Position numbers and translations under genes: made by a program
The notes under the pieces: model-generated
Database searches by the model: none
What the model was told of the DNA's origin: nothing
Seen by the model: only the letters and a program-made list of their open reading frames with translations
Shown: piece by piece, positions 9,829 to 18,047 of the stretch
Numbering within the stretch: position 1 is the stretch's first letter
Layout: every line of letters begins with the position of its first letter
Origin: an uncultured bacterium
Lineage (GTDB): Bacteria > Krumholzibacteriota > Krumholzibacteriia > LZORAL124-64-63
NCBI GenBank assembly: GCA_963727525.1
Contig: CAVSGO010000007.1
Location: 2,144,001-2,208,000, forward strand
Length of the DNA: 64,000 nt
Reading direction: 5' to 3'

Positions 9829-10988
9829 CAGGCGCCGCCTTCACGCGGTTCGCCGCTGGCGGTGGCCGTCGTGTCGGCGAGCACCTTGAGGAACGACCCG
9901 GGCTTGAGGGAGCGCTGCCCCTTCACGACCACACGGTCGCCCGTGTCCAGGCCGGATGTGATCTGCGCGTGGTCGTCGTCGAGGAATCCCACCTGTACCA
10001 CGCGGCGCTCGGCGGTGGGCGGGTCACCCGCAACCACGGTGTAGACGACCGACTCTGTCTTGTCGGTGACCACCGCCGTGCGAGGTACGAGGATGGCGTG
10101 CGGCCGCTTCTCGGTGGTGATGCGCACCGAGGCGAAGTCGCCGGGGCGCGTGTCCCGCGGGTATTCGGGCACCTCGATGGTGAGCTTGATGGTGCCGCTC
10201 GTGGGGTCGATGATCGGGCTGACCAGGGCGATCGTGCCCGCGAGGTGCGCGCCGTCGCTGTCGAGCACCAGCGTCACGTCCTGGTTCACGGCGAGCTGGC
10301 GGAATTCGCGGCTGGGCACGTAGACGCGCGCGAGCAGCGGATGGAAGTCGCCCACCGAGAACAGGGCCGTGCCCTCGCTCACGTTCTGTCCCACGTCCAC
10401 GAGGCGGCGCGTCACCTGGCCGTCGAACGGCGCCACCACGGTGGTGTACTGCAGCGTGAGCCGCGCGAGGCCCTCCATCGCCTCGGCGTCGGCCAGCTCG
10501 CTCTTGGCCGTCTCGAACTCGGCCTCGGAGGCGAGCTGCTGGTCGACCATCTGCTGCATGCGGCCAAAGGCGGCGCGAAGCTGCGCCGTGCGCGCGGCTG
10601 CCTGCTCCACGCGCAGGCGGTACTCGCCGTTGTCGATGCGCAGCATCGGTTGGTTCTCGCGAACCTCGTCGCCCTCCTCCACGAGGATCTCCTGCACGAG
10701 GCCCCCGACGCGCGCCAGCACGTCAGCCTGTTTCTGTGCCTCGAGACTGGCCGTGGCCTCGTAGTAGCTGGCTATCGGTCCCGTGATCACCGGCACCGCC
10801 GCCACCGGGATGGGATGCTCGCGGTCGGGAGCATCCTCGTTGCCCGAAGCTGCGGCGGCATCGCCGGCCGGCCCCGACTTTCCACCGTGGCCACATCCGG
10901 TGAGCACGAGGGCGAGGAATAGCCCGCCGAATAGGCAGGCGCGCGCGAACTTTCGGGGCGCAAACTTCCGGGATACGGACAAGGACAT
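9828..10988 (-). CDS. RND periplasmic adaptor (MFP), lipoprotein
   Basis: LTGC lipobox; lipoyl half-motifs VEEGDEV and VVAPFDGQV; overlaps RND start; GAGGT RBS before ATG 10988. Confidence 0.92.
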   Translation of the reverse strand: MSLSVSRKFAPRKFARACLFGGLFLALVLTGCGHGGKSGPAGDAAAASGNEDAPDREHPIPVAAVPVITGPIASYYEATASLEAQKQADVLARVGGLVQEILVEEGDEVRENQPMLRIDNGEYRLRVEQAAARTAQLRAAFGRMQQMVDQQLASEAEFETAKSELADAEAMEGLARLTLQYTTVVAPFDGQVTRRLVDVGQNVSEGTALFSVGDFHPLLARVYVPSREFRQLAVNQDVTLVLDSDGAHLAGTIALVSPIIDPTSGTIKLTIEVPEYPRDTRPGDFASVRITTEKRPHAILVPRTAVVTDKTESVVYTVVAGDPPTAERRVVQVGFLDDDHAQITSGLDTGDRVVVKGQRSLKPGSFLKVLADTTATASGEPREGGA

Positions 10989-11069
10989 GGAATACCTCGA
11001 CTTCACCGGGTGCTGGTGGCGACCTCGACGGTCCAATATCGGGTGCTCACGGAGAGAATGCCAAGCCGT

Positions 11070-13853
11070 TCAGCGGGATGCCAGGCCGGGCGACCGCAAG
11101 CTGAGCGTATACGCCGCCCAGCTGAAGGGGTTTCGCATGGATCCATCCGGCCCGCGTAGCGCCTGGCGCTGGGACCGCCCCATGGCCGCCGGAAGGGGCA
11201 GCCCCTCCTGCAGCCAGCCGCGTAGACAAGTGTCGAGGAGGGTGGCTGGCTCGTCGTCGCGCACGCGCCAAAGTGTCACCAGGACTGCCTCGGCCCCCGC
11301 ATCGACAAAGGCGTCGCCGAGGCTGGGCGCCGTGGTCTGCCCGCTCACGTACGGCGCTCCGCTCGCGCAGCTCGCCAGTACGGCCAGGCGCACGCGGGTC
11401 AGATCGGTCGCGCGGATGTCGGTGACGTCGAGCACCCCGCTGGCACTGGCGATCCCGGAGTCCGTGTCGGGACTCAGGGGCAGGAACGTACGGTACGGCG
11501 CCTCCGGGCTGCGCACGGTGTGGCAGGCAAAGTAGAGGCAATCGACGTCCTCCCATACGGCGCGTAGCGCCGTGAGCGAGGCCGCCGCGCCCTGCAACGT
11601 GCGGGCGTGCGGGAGAAGCGTCGCCACATGCGTGGCCTCGGCCGAGCTGCCCGCCAGTTCGGCCAGCCCGGGGTAGCGTCGGCGCAGGCGTGGCGCGAGA
11701 TCCGGCGCCGCGACCACGAGGCTCGATCGTGGCGCGCCGGTCGCCGTCAGCGGTCCGCAGCCGCGCACGGAAGCCACGTCGCACCGTTCGACGAGGGGCA
11801 CGTATCTTGGCGGCGTATCCACGTCGAGCGCAGCGAATGGCAGCAAGGCGAGGGCGCCGAATGCCGAGACCAGCACGACCCGCGGCGTCGTGTCCGCGGC
11901 GAGCAGGTCCGACGGCAACAGCACCTCGGCCAGATCGCGAGCCCGCGCCACGAGTTCCGGCGAGACGGGCGCCCGGGCATTCCCCGGATCCCGTGACATC
12001 AGCGCGAGGGCCCCCGCGATCTGGTTCGCGAGCATGTCGACGCTCACGCCCAGGGTGTCGCAGGCCACGCCGTCACCGGAAGCCGTCCAGCGCAGCACGC
12101 GCTCGCCTTGCGGCGAGTACACCAGGTGCACGGCGTCCGCCGCGCGCAACTGGGCACGCGCATCCCGGGCGAGGACGCCGATCTCGCGGCGCAGCTCCGC
12201 GGGCGATCGGGGGGCCGCGACATCGCGACCGCCAAGCCACCCCGGCAGGCGCTGCCACATCAACTCGAGGCCGTAGCCCGCGGATGTATCGTTCGCGAGA
12301 AGGCCGTGCAGCGCGCAACGCAGTTCCTCGGCCCGATCGATGTCGATGTACGCCCGGGCGCTCGCATCCGAATGTTCGAGATCGTCGACCACGAGGCCGA
12401 GTCCGCGCACGAGCGCGGCAGCCGCCGAGTCGGGCCGTTCGACGGCCAGGCGGGACGCCAGCACGCAGGCCGACAGCCGCAGATCGTCCACCCAACCCGC
12501 ATGCCGAGCCGCGCCGGTCGCGTACTGGGCCAGGGCATCGCGCGCGGCCGCCGTATCGCCACAGGCAAGGCTCGCCGTGGCTTCGTACAGGCGGAAGCGC
12601 ACGAGCATCTCCGGCAGCGGTACATACTCCGCATACGCCACCGCCTCGTGCGCCGCGGCGAGCGCGAGTTTCGGATATCCGGCTGCCAGAAGACCGCGGC
12701 TACGGAAGTCGTGAACGTAGGCGGTTTCCTCGAAGGGGAGCTTTTCCGTGGCTGTGAGGAGGCTGGGATAGATCGCCTCTGCCTCGGCCACCCGACCCTG
12801 CCCGAGCATGGCGCGCGCGTGCAGTTCCTCGATCCGTAGCTCCTCGCGCCGCACGCGCACGGGATCATCCGACAGACCGGCCGCCACGCCGGCTCGGGCT
12901 TCGGTCACGAGCACCCGGGCGTGCTCCAGTAGCGCTTCCACGCGATTCCAGTCGTGGATGATCGCGTAGAATCGCGCCAGCATCACGAGATAAGGCAGAC
13001 CGAGCGCGGCCTGACCGAGGTCGCGGCAGACGCTGACCGCCTCCTCGAGATAGTCACAGCTCTGTCCGAAACGGCCCACCTGATGCGCGTGCACGCCCGC
13101 GATGGCGTAGGCGCGCCCCGCGTGTCCCGCGAGGCGCGATTCGCGCGCGATCTGGAGCGCCTCGTCGAGGCGGACGGCCACGTCGGCATCCGATTTCGAA
13201 ACATCGTGCATGGCCAGCGAACTGAGGGCGTTACACATGGCGATGCGCAGTTCGGCCCGGCGCGCATCGGCAAGCGCCTCGGCGAACCATCGGCGTGATT
13301 CGTCGGTCTTGCCGCGCTTGATCGCGTTGGCCGCGAGGTCTCTCTCGGCACCAACGACGCCGAAAGCGTAGTCGCGCTGCCGGAAATAGTCGAGATCACG
13401 GATCAGGCTGTCACGCGAGGCTTCGGGATCGTTGGCACCCTCGCCGAAGGCGATGGCGAGCTGCCTCAGCCGCGCCGCCATGTCGCGCCGGTCGTCGCGC
13501 GGCAGCCCGGCCAGATAGGTCGCATCACGCGCGTACTCGGGTAGCAGGTATTCCCGGGCCAGGACGGCTGCGATGCGATCCATCGCTGGCAAGAGCACGG
13601 TCTCGTCGTCAGCCGGATGCCGCCCCAGCTCCTTGCGCACTGCGGTGTATATATTCACCGATGCCTCGGCGCCGATCTCGCGCAGCGTCGCCGTCAAGGC
13701 GCGCTCGTCGTCGCCTAGGATGACGCGTCGGGTGGACGCATCGAAGCCCGCGAGCGCAGTGTCATCCCGCGCGGTACCTGGAGACAGGTGACAGGCCGGC
13801 CACGCCGCGACTGCACAGACGAGGAAAACGAGCGTCGAGCGGGTGAACGTCAC
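11070..13853 (-). CDS. TPR-like helical protein with C-terminal CHAT (caspase-like) domain, probably exported
   Basis: GALALLPFAAL, LYFACHT (His 11520-11522), LASCASG (Cys 11367-11369), AFVDAGA..VLVTLWRV.D, NPFSWAAY; GTG start after GGAAGGGAG with hydrophobic signal-like N-terminus. Confidence 0.88.
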   Translation of the reverse strand: MTFTRSTLVFLVCAVAAWPACHLSPGTARDDTALAGFDASTRRVILGDDERALTATLREIGAEASVNIYTAVRKELGRHPADDETVLLPAMDRIAAVLAREYLLPEYARDATYLAGLPRDDRRDMAARLRQLAIAFGEGANDPEASRDSLIRDLDYFRQRDYAFGVVGAERDLAANAIKRGKTDESRRWFAEALADARRAELRIAMCNALSSLAMHDVSKSDADVAVRLDEALQIARESRLAGHAGRAYAIAGVHAHQVGRFGQSCDYLEEAVSVCRDLGQAALGLPYLVMLARFYAIIHDWNRVEALLEHARVLVTEARAGVAAGLSDDPVRVRREELRIEELHARAMLGQGRVAEAEAIYPSLLTATEKLPFEETAYVHDFRSRGLLAAGYPKLALAAAHEAVAYAEYVPLPEMLVRFRLYEATASLACGDTAAARDALAQYATGAARHAGWVDDLRLSACVLASRLAVERPDSAAAALVRGLGLVVDDLEHSDASARAYIDIDRAEELRCALHGLLANDTSAGYGLELMWQRLPGWLGGRDVAAPRSPAELRREIGVLARDARAQLRAADAVHLVYSPQGERVLRWTASGDGVACDTLGVSVDMLANQIAGALALMSRDPGNARAPVSPELVARARDLAEVLLPSDLLAADTTPRVVLVSAFGALALLPFAALDVDTPPRYVPLVERCDVASVRGCGPLTATGAPRSSLVVAAPDLAPRLRRRYPGLAELAGSSAEATHVATLLPHARTLQGAAASLTALRAVWEDVDCLYFACHTVRSPEAPYRTFLPLSPDTDSGIASASGVLDVTDIRATDLTRVRLAVLASCASGAPYVSGQTTAPSLGDAFVDAGAEAVLVTLWRVRDDEPATLLDTCLRGWLQEGLPLPAAMGRSQRQALRGPDGSMRNPFSWAAYTLSLRSPGLASR

Positions 13854-14030
13854 GGATGGAGCTCCCTTCCCTGGTGTGATGATAAGCCGAAGGGCCGCCG
13901 CGACCAAGCCCGATGACCACCCCTGGCCACCGGCGATCGCCTGTGCTAGCATGCGCGCGTTGCACCGCGATTCCAGGCCCGCAGCCCTGAACCGACAGAC
14001 ACGGACGGCCCAGCCAGTACGGACGAAGGC

Positions 14031-14882
14031 GTGAGCGAAACACCGGCCAGCCACACCGATGATCTGGAACTCGCCCGCGCGATCATCGCCGACGACGAGG
14101 ACGCCTGGCATCGCTTCGTGACCGAGCGCTCGGGCGTGATTATCGCCGTCCTGCGCCGCTATATCTTCGATGACGACGACGTGCGCACCGTGTACGTCGA
14201 TCTCCTCGCGTCGTTGCGCCGGGGGCGCCTTGCCGACTTCGCGGGCTTTTCGTCGCTCACCACCTGGCTCGTGTGTCTCGCGCGCGGTGCGGCGGCCGAT
14301 CACCTGCGCCATACGCTCGGGCGGCGACAGGAACCGGCGGGACTCGAGTCGCTCGACGCCGTGCAACGCGAGGCCTTCCGGCTCTACCATGTCGAGGGGC
14401 TCGCCTATGACGACGTGCTGCTGCGGCTGCGCCAGGCCGGCTTGCTGGACCGCGAGACGAGCCTGGCGGAGATCCTCGCAGCCATCGAGAACCGGCTCAC
14501 CGCCCGGACGTTGCGGCGCGTGGCGTGGGATCTGCATGCCGCCTCTGTGGGAGCCGCCTCGGGCCGGCTCCTGCAATATCTCGACGCCGCGGCCCGGGAC
14601 GCGGAGGATCGCGCCTCCCGTGCGAACCCGGAGTCCGAGCTGATCGCCCGCGAAGCCCGGCGCACGCTCGAACGCGTGCATGAACTCGTGGACCAGCTCC
14701 CCGAGGAGGAGCGGCGGGTGCTCACCCTGCGATTCGACGCCGGCTGGACGGCCGACGAGGTCGCCGCCGAGCTGGGCCTGCCCGACCGGCGGCGCGTGTA
14801 CACGATCGCCGACCGAGCCCTCGCCAGGCTCCGTCGCTGGCTCCATGTCACCATCCTCGTTGCCATTATCGTGTTGACGTAG
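14031..14882 (+). CDS. RNA polymerase sigma-70 family factor, ECF-like
   Basis: Region 2 (DEDAWHRFV..., FAGFSSLTTWLVCLARG...DHLR) and region 4 (LPEEERRVLTLRF.AGWTADEVAAELG). Confidence 0.88.
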   Translation: MSETPASHTDDLELARAIIADDEDAWHRFVTERSGVIIAVLRRYIFDDDDVRTVYVDLLASLRRGRLADFAGFSSLTTWLVCLARGAAADHLRHTLGRRQEPAGLESLDAVQREAFRLYHVEGLAYDDVLLRLRQAGLLDRETSLAEILAAIENRLTARTLRRVAWDLHAASVGAASGRLLQYLDAAARDAEDRASRANPESELIAREARRTLERVHELVDQLPEEERRVLTLRFDAGWTADEVAAELGLPDRRRVYTIADRALARLRRWLHVTILVAIIVLT

Positions 14883-14988
14883 GTTGACGACAGGAGAGGA
14901 CCGGGAATATCCTGGGCGTATCCGACCAACCGCTGCCGGATGCCCACGAAGAGGTCCGCCTCTCCCCGATCGAGGTGTGACGTTGCCG

Positions 14989-15876
14989 ATGATTTCGCGA
15001 CATTGCGACCCCAATGACCTCGCTGCCCTGGCCGAGGGCCGCGAGCCTGCCGGAAGCGACAACCTACATGCCCATCTGGCGCAGTGCCGGACCTGTCTGG
15101 CGACGTATGCCGAGGCCGTGCGTGTGGCGCACCGGACGGCCGCGGGCGTTCCCGGCGAAACCGTACCGCGGACCTGGCTGAGCGAGGCCCTCGCCGCCGG
15201 CGCGAAGCCGCAACGGGCGAACGTGGGCGTACCCCGGCGCGTCTGGGTGCCGGCCGTGGCGGTGTTCGTGCTCGCGCTCGTGTGGTTCGTCGCACCGACG
15301 AACCGCAGCGGCGAACTCACCGGCGACCAGATCGGGACCATCAGTCTGGCGCTGCGCGAGCAGTCGGTAGCGGGGCCCGTGTTCCCCGGCGTCTCGCCCG
15401 ACCAGCCCGACAACCCGACGGTCTATCGTTCGGGTAACTCGCCGGCGGACGACGTCTCGGCAATCCTGCGCGGTCAGGCCGGACGGCGCCAGTCGGTGCC
15501 GGCGGATCCAGAATCGGCCTACTGGCTCGCCGCCGGCTACCTGGCCGCGGGTCAGATCGGAACCGCCACCGACCTCGTGCGTCTCGCCCGCCAGACCTAT
15601 CCCCAGGATCGTCGCCTGCTCATCCTCGACGCCCTGGCTGCATATCGTCGCAGCGAGTTGACGCGCGCGGAATCGCTCCTGCATCAAGCCCTCGACCGCG
15701 ACCCCACCGACGACGTGGCGCGTTTCGATCTCGCGGTGATCCTGCAGGACGCCGGCCGCACGTGGGAAGCGCGCCAGTTGCTGGCGGCCGGCGCCTGGCC
15801 CGCCACCGAACTCCTCTCCCGCCGCGCCCAGGCGTTGCGAGACACGCTCCACACCGCCGCCGGCGGCCGCCCCTGA
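14989..15876 (+). CDS. Zinc-binding (zf-HC2) anti-sigma factor with TM helix and extracytoplasmic TPR domain
   Basis: HLAQCRTC (HxxxCxxC); TM VWVPAVAVFVLALVWFV; TPR-like AESLLHQALDRDPTDDVARFDLA; follows sigma gene. Confidence 0.85.
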   Translation: MISRHCDPNDLAALAEGREPAGSDNLHAHLAQCRTCLATYAEAVRVAHRTAAGVPGETVPRTWLSEALAAGAKPQRANVGVPRRVWVPAVAVFVLALVWFVAPTNRSGELTGDQIGTISLALREQSVAGPVFPGVSPDQPDNPTVYRSGNSPADDVSAILRGQAGRRQSVPADPESAYWLAAGYLAAGQIGTATDLVRLARQTYPQDRRLLILDALAAYRRSELTRAESLLHQALDRDPTDDVARFDLAVILQDAGRTWEARQLLAAGAWPATELLSRRAQALRDTLHTAAGGRP

Positions 15877-15913
15877 CCCGACGGTGCCGCCTCGTGTCCG
15901 GACCCGGGCACGG

Positions 15914-17818
15914 TCACCATTTGATGCGCAGAAGCTGGGACCCATCGCGCGTGAGCACGGGTGCGAAGCGCGGATCATCGGCGAAGTCCCCGGGCGTCAG
16001 GATGGCGGCGTTCGCCGGTACGCCGCGCAGTCGATGATCGCTCACGTAGAGCCAGCGCACACCGCGAGACACGAGCCCGCGGGTCGAGGCCGGCCAGGGA
16101 TCGTCGCGTAGGCCGCGCACGCCCTCGCGCAGGCGCGTCCCGTCGGATGCGATGCACTCCCACGACATCGGGCAGAGGAAGGCGACGCCGCTGACCTGCG
16201 CGGCCCAGGTGGATCCGTCGTCGCGGTCGTTCGCCACCACTTCGCCGTCGCCCACCGTGTCGCCGATGGCGCAGGCCAGCGCGTAGTCGTCGCGCGTGAA
16301 GGGCACGGCGCTAGCGAGGCTCTCGAGTCCCGGCACCTGCGTCACGAACCCGGCGCCCAGCGGATAGAGCGTCACGAGCACACCCGCCACGAGCGCCGTA
16401 CGACCGCGACGTCGCAGCGCACGTAGCAACGCCACCGTGGCAGCCCCCGCGGCCAGCGGCATCACGAAGATCTGCAGATACGCGACGCGCGCAGCCTGTC
16501 CATAGAACGGCATGGCGAGGATGCGCGACACCGGATCGTGCCACACCTGCAACGCCACGAGCCAGGCGCCCAGCAGCAGGCAGGTCACGCCCACCGGCCG
16601 CCAGCGGCGTTGTGCCAGCAGCCACGCGAGTCCGCCGATCAGCCAGACGAAGCGGACGTCCGGCGGTCCGATCTGCAGCAGAAAGACGCGTAGTGCGCGG
16701 CCCCAGGTCGCGACCTGATCGCGCGCCGCGACCTGCCGCGCCGCCGACACCGCACCGGAAGCCGTTCGCAGTATTGCCGGGTCGAAGGCGAGCGCCAGAC
16801 CGACGAGAAACGCTGACGCGGCGAGCAGGCGCATCCGCGTGGAGCCCACCGCGTCGAATCCGTGGTGGTGGCGCGTCATACCCCACGTGAGAGCGCCCAG
16901 CACGACAACGACCATCACCTCGCTGAAGTGGATGTTCACCATGGCGGCGAGGAACACGCCGGTCGCGAGCGCCACGGGCCAGCGCAGCGATCGGAGAGCA
17001 TCGGCCGCGAGGACCGCCCCCATGGGGGCGAGGAAAAATCCCACCTGCTGCCCGAATCCGCCCCACGAGAAGGGAAGACCCGCGGGGACGTCCCCGTTGG
17101 TCACCACCCATGCCACGCCGGCCAACGACAGCGCAGCTCCCGCGCCCCAGCGCCACCACAGCATCGCCAGGCTCCACGGCACGAGCGCGACCACCGTGAT
17201 CGCGGTGAACCAGGCGGAGATGTACGGGGCGACGCCGGCCACGGTGCCGGTGACGGCCGCGGTCAGGTGCCAGCCCGGCAGGTATCGGTGCACCGGATGC
17301 ACGTGCGCGTAGATCAGCGCCGGATCGAGACTGCCGGTGCGGGCGGCGCGCGCCACGAGGAACGCGTGATTGGACGCGTCGTGCACGTGGGGCGGCGCGC
17401 AGAAGTCACGAAAACCCGCGCACACCGTCACGAACAGCAGGAGCGACGACGCACCCACGAGCCACCACCAGGCCGTCGGGCGACTGCGGGCGCCGTCGTC
17501 AGGTGCGGACACCGCGTCGTTCCGCCCCGCCAGTACACCCGCGGCGCAGGCCAGCAGCGGGGAGGCGACGACGTACCCGAGGATCGGCAGACCGCGCCCC
17601 ACGTCGCGCATCACCAGACCGAGCACGACGACCCACACGAAGCCGGCCGCGAGATGCGCCGGTACGGTGAGCGCGTGCGGCCAGCCGCGCAGCCGTCCGC
17701 GCAGCAGGATCCGGCCGGGCAGCCACCACACGAGCGCCACGCCAAGAAACCAGCGCCCCCACAACCACGGGTCCGTCGTCGGCGTGACCGAGTGAGGATA
17801 CCAGATCGTGTGCCACAC
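15914..17818 (-). CDS. Polytopic membrane protein, GT-C glycosyltransferase-like (DUF6541-like)
   Basis: Many TM segments; loop HVHDASNH; YLPGWH; C-terminal soluble domain (VVANDRDDGSTW...GVRWLYV); start uncertain. Confidence 0.6.
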   Translation of the reverse strand: MWHTIWYPHSVTPTTDPWLWGRWFLGVALVWWLPGRILLRGRLRGWPHALTVPAHLAAGFVWVVVLGLVMRDVGRGLPILGYVVASPLLACAAGVLAGRNDAVSAPDDGARSRPTAWWWLVGASSLLLFVTVCAGFRDFCAPPHVHDASNHAFLVARAARTGSLDPALIYAHVHPVHRYLPGWHLTAAVTGTVAGVAPYISAWFTAITVVALVPWSLAMLWWRWGAGAALSLAGVAWVVTNGDVPAGLPFSWGGFGQQVGFFLAPMGAVLAADALRSLRWPVALATGVFLAAMVNIHFSEVMVVVVLGALTWGMTRHHHGFDAVGSTRMRLLAASAFLVGLALAFDPAILRTASGAVSAARQVAARDQVATWGRALRVFLLQIGPPDVRFVWLIGGLAWLLAQRRWRPVGVTCLLLGAWLVALQVWHDPVSRILAMPFYGQAARVAYLQIFVMPLAAGAATVALLRALRRRGRTALVAGVLVTLYPLGAGFVTQVPGLESLASAVPFTRDDYALACAIGDTVGDGEVVANDRDDGSTWAAQVSGVAFLCPMSWECIASDGTRLREGVRGLRDDPWPASTRGLVSRGVRWLYVSDHRLRGVPANAAILTPGDFADDPRFAPVLTRDGSQLLRIKW

Positions 17819-18047
17819 CGCGGACCTCGCCCTCGCGCATCCAGCGGTGCGCCCGGCCGCATGCCGGACGCTGCCGCGGCCCCAAGAGTGACGTGTTCCG
17901 CACGACGAGTAAAGGTAGACCAGCAGAGGCTGACGTTCCCGCGCCTCGGCGGATCGAGGACGACGCCCTCTCACAGGTGCCCAAGGTTGTGGTATTGTTT
18001 CCTCAGGAACGGATAATGACCCCAGCCCTCCCCGGGAGACGACACCG

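Noticed and set aside
6700-10922. Long plus-strand ORFs (721, 377, 317 aa) opposite the RND/MFP genes
   Set aside because: Antisense shadow frames typical of high-GC DNA; no family motifs.
13854-15413. N-terminal 520 codons of the 1447-aa ORF 11070..15413
   Set aside because: Antisense to the sigma and anti-sigma genes. A better GTG start with RBS and signal-like sequence lies at 13853.
11070-15876. Type III-E CRISPR (Craspase) locus
   Set aside because: No Cas7-11, other cas genes or repeat-spacer array in the window.
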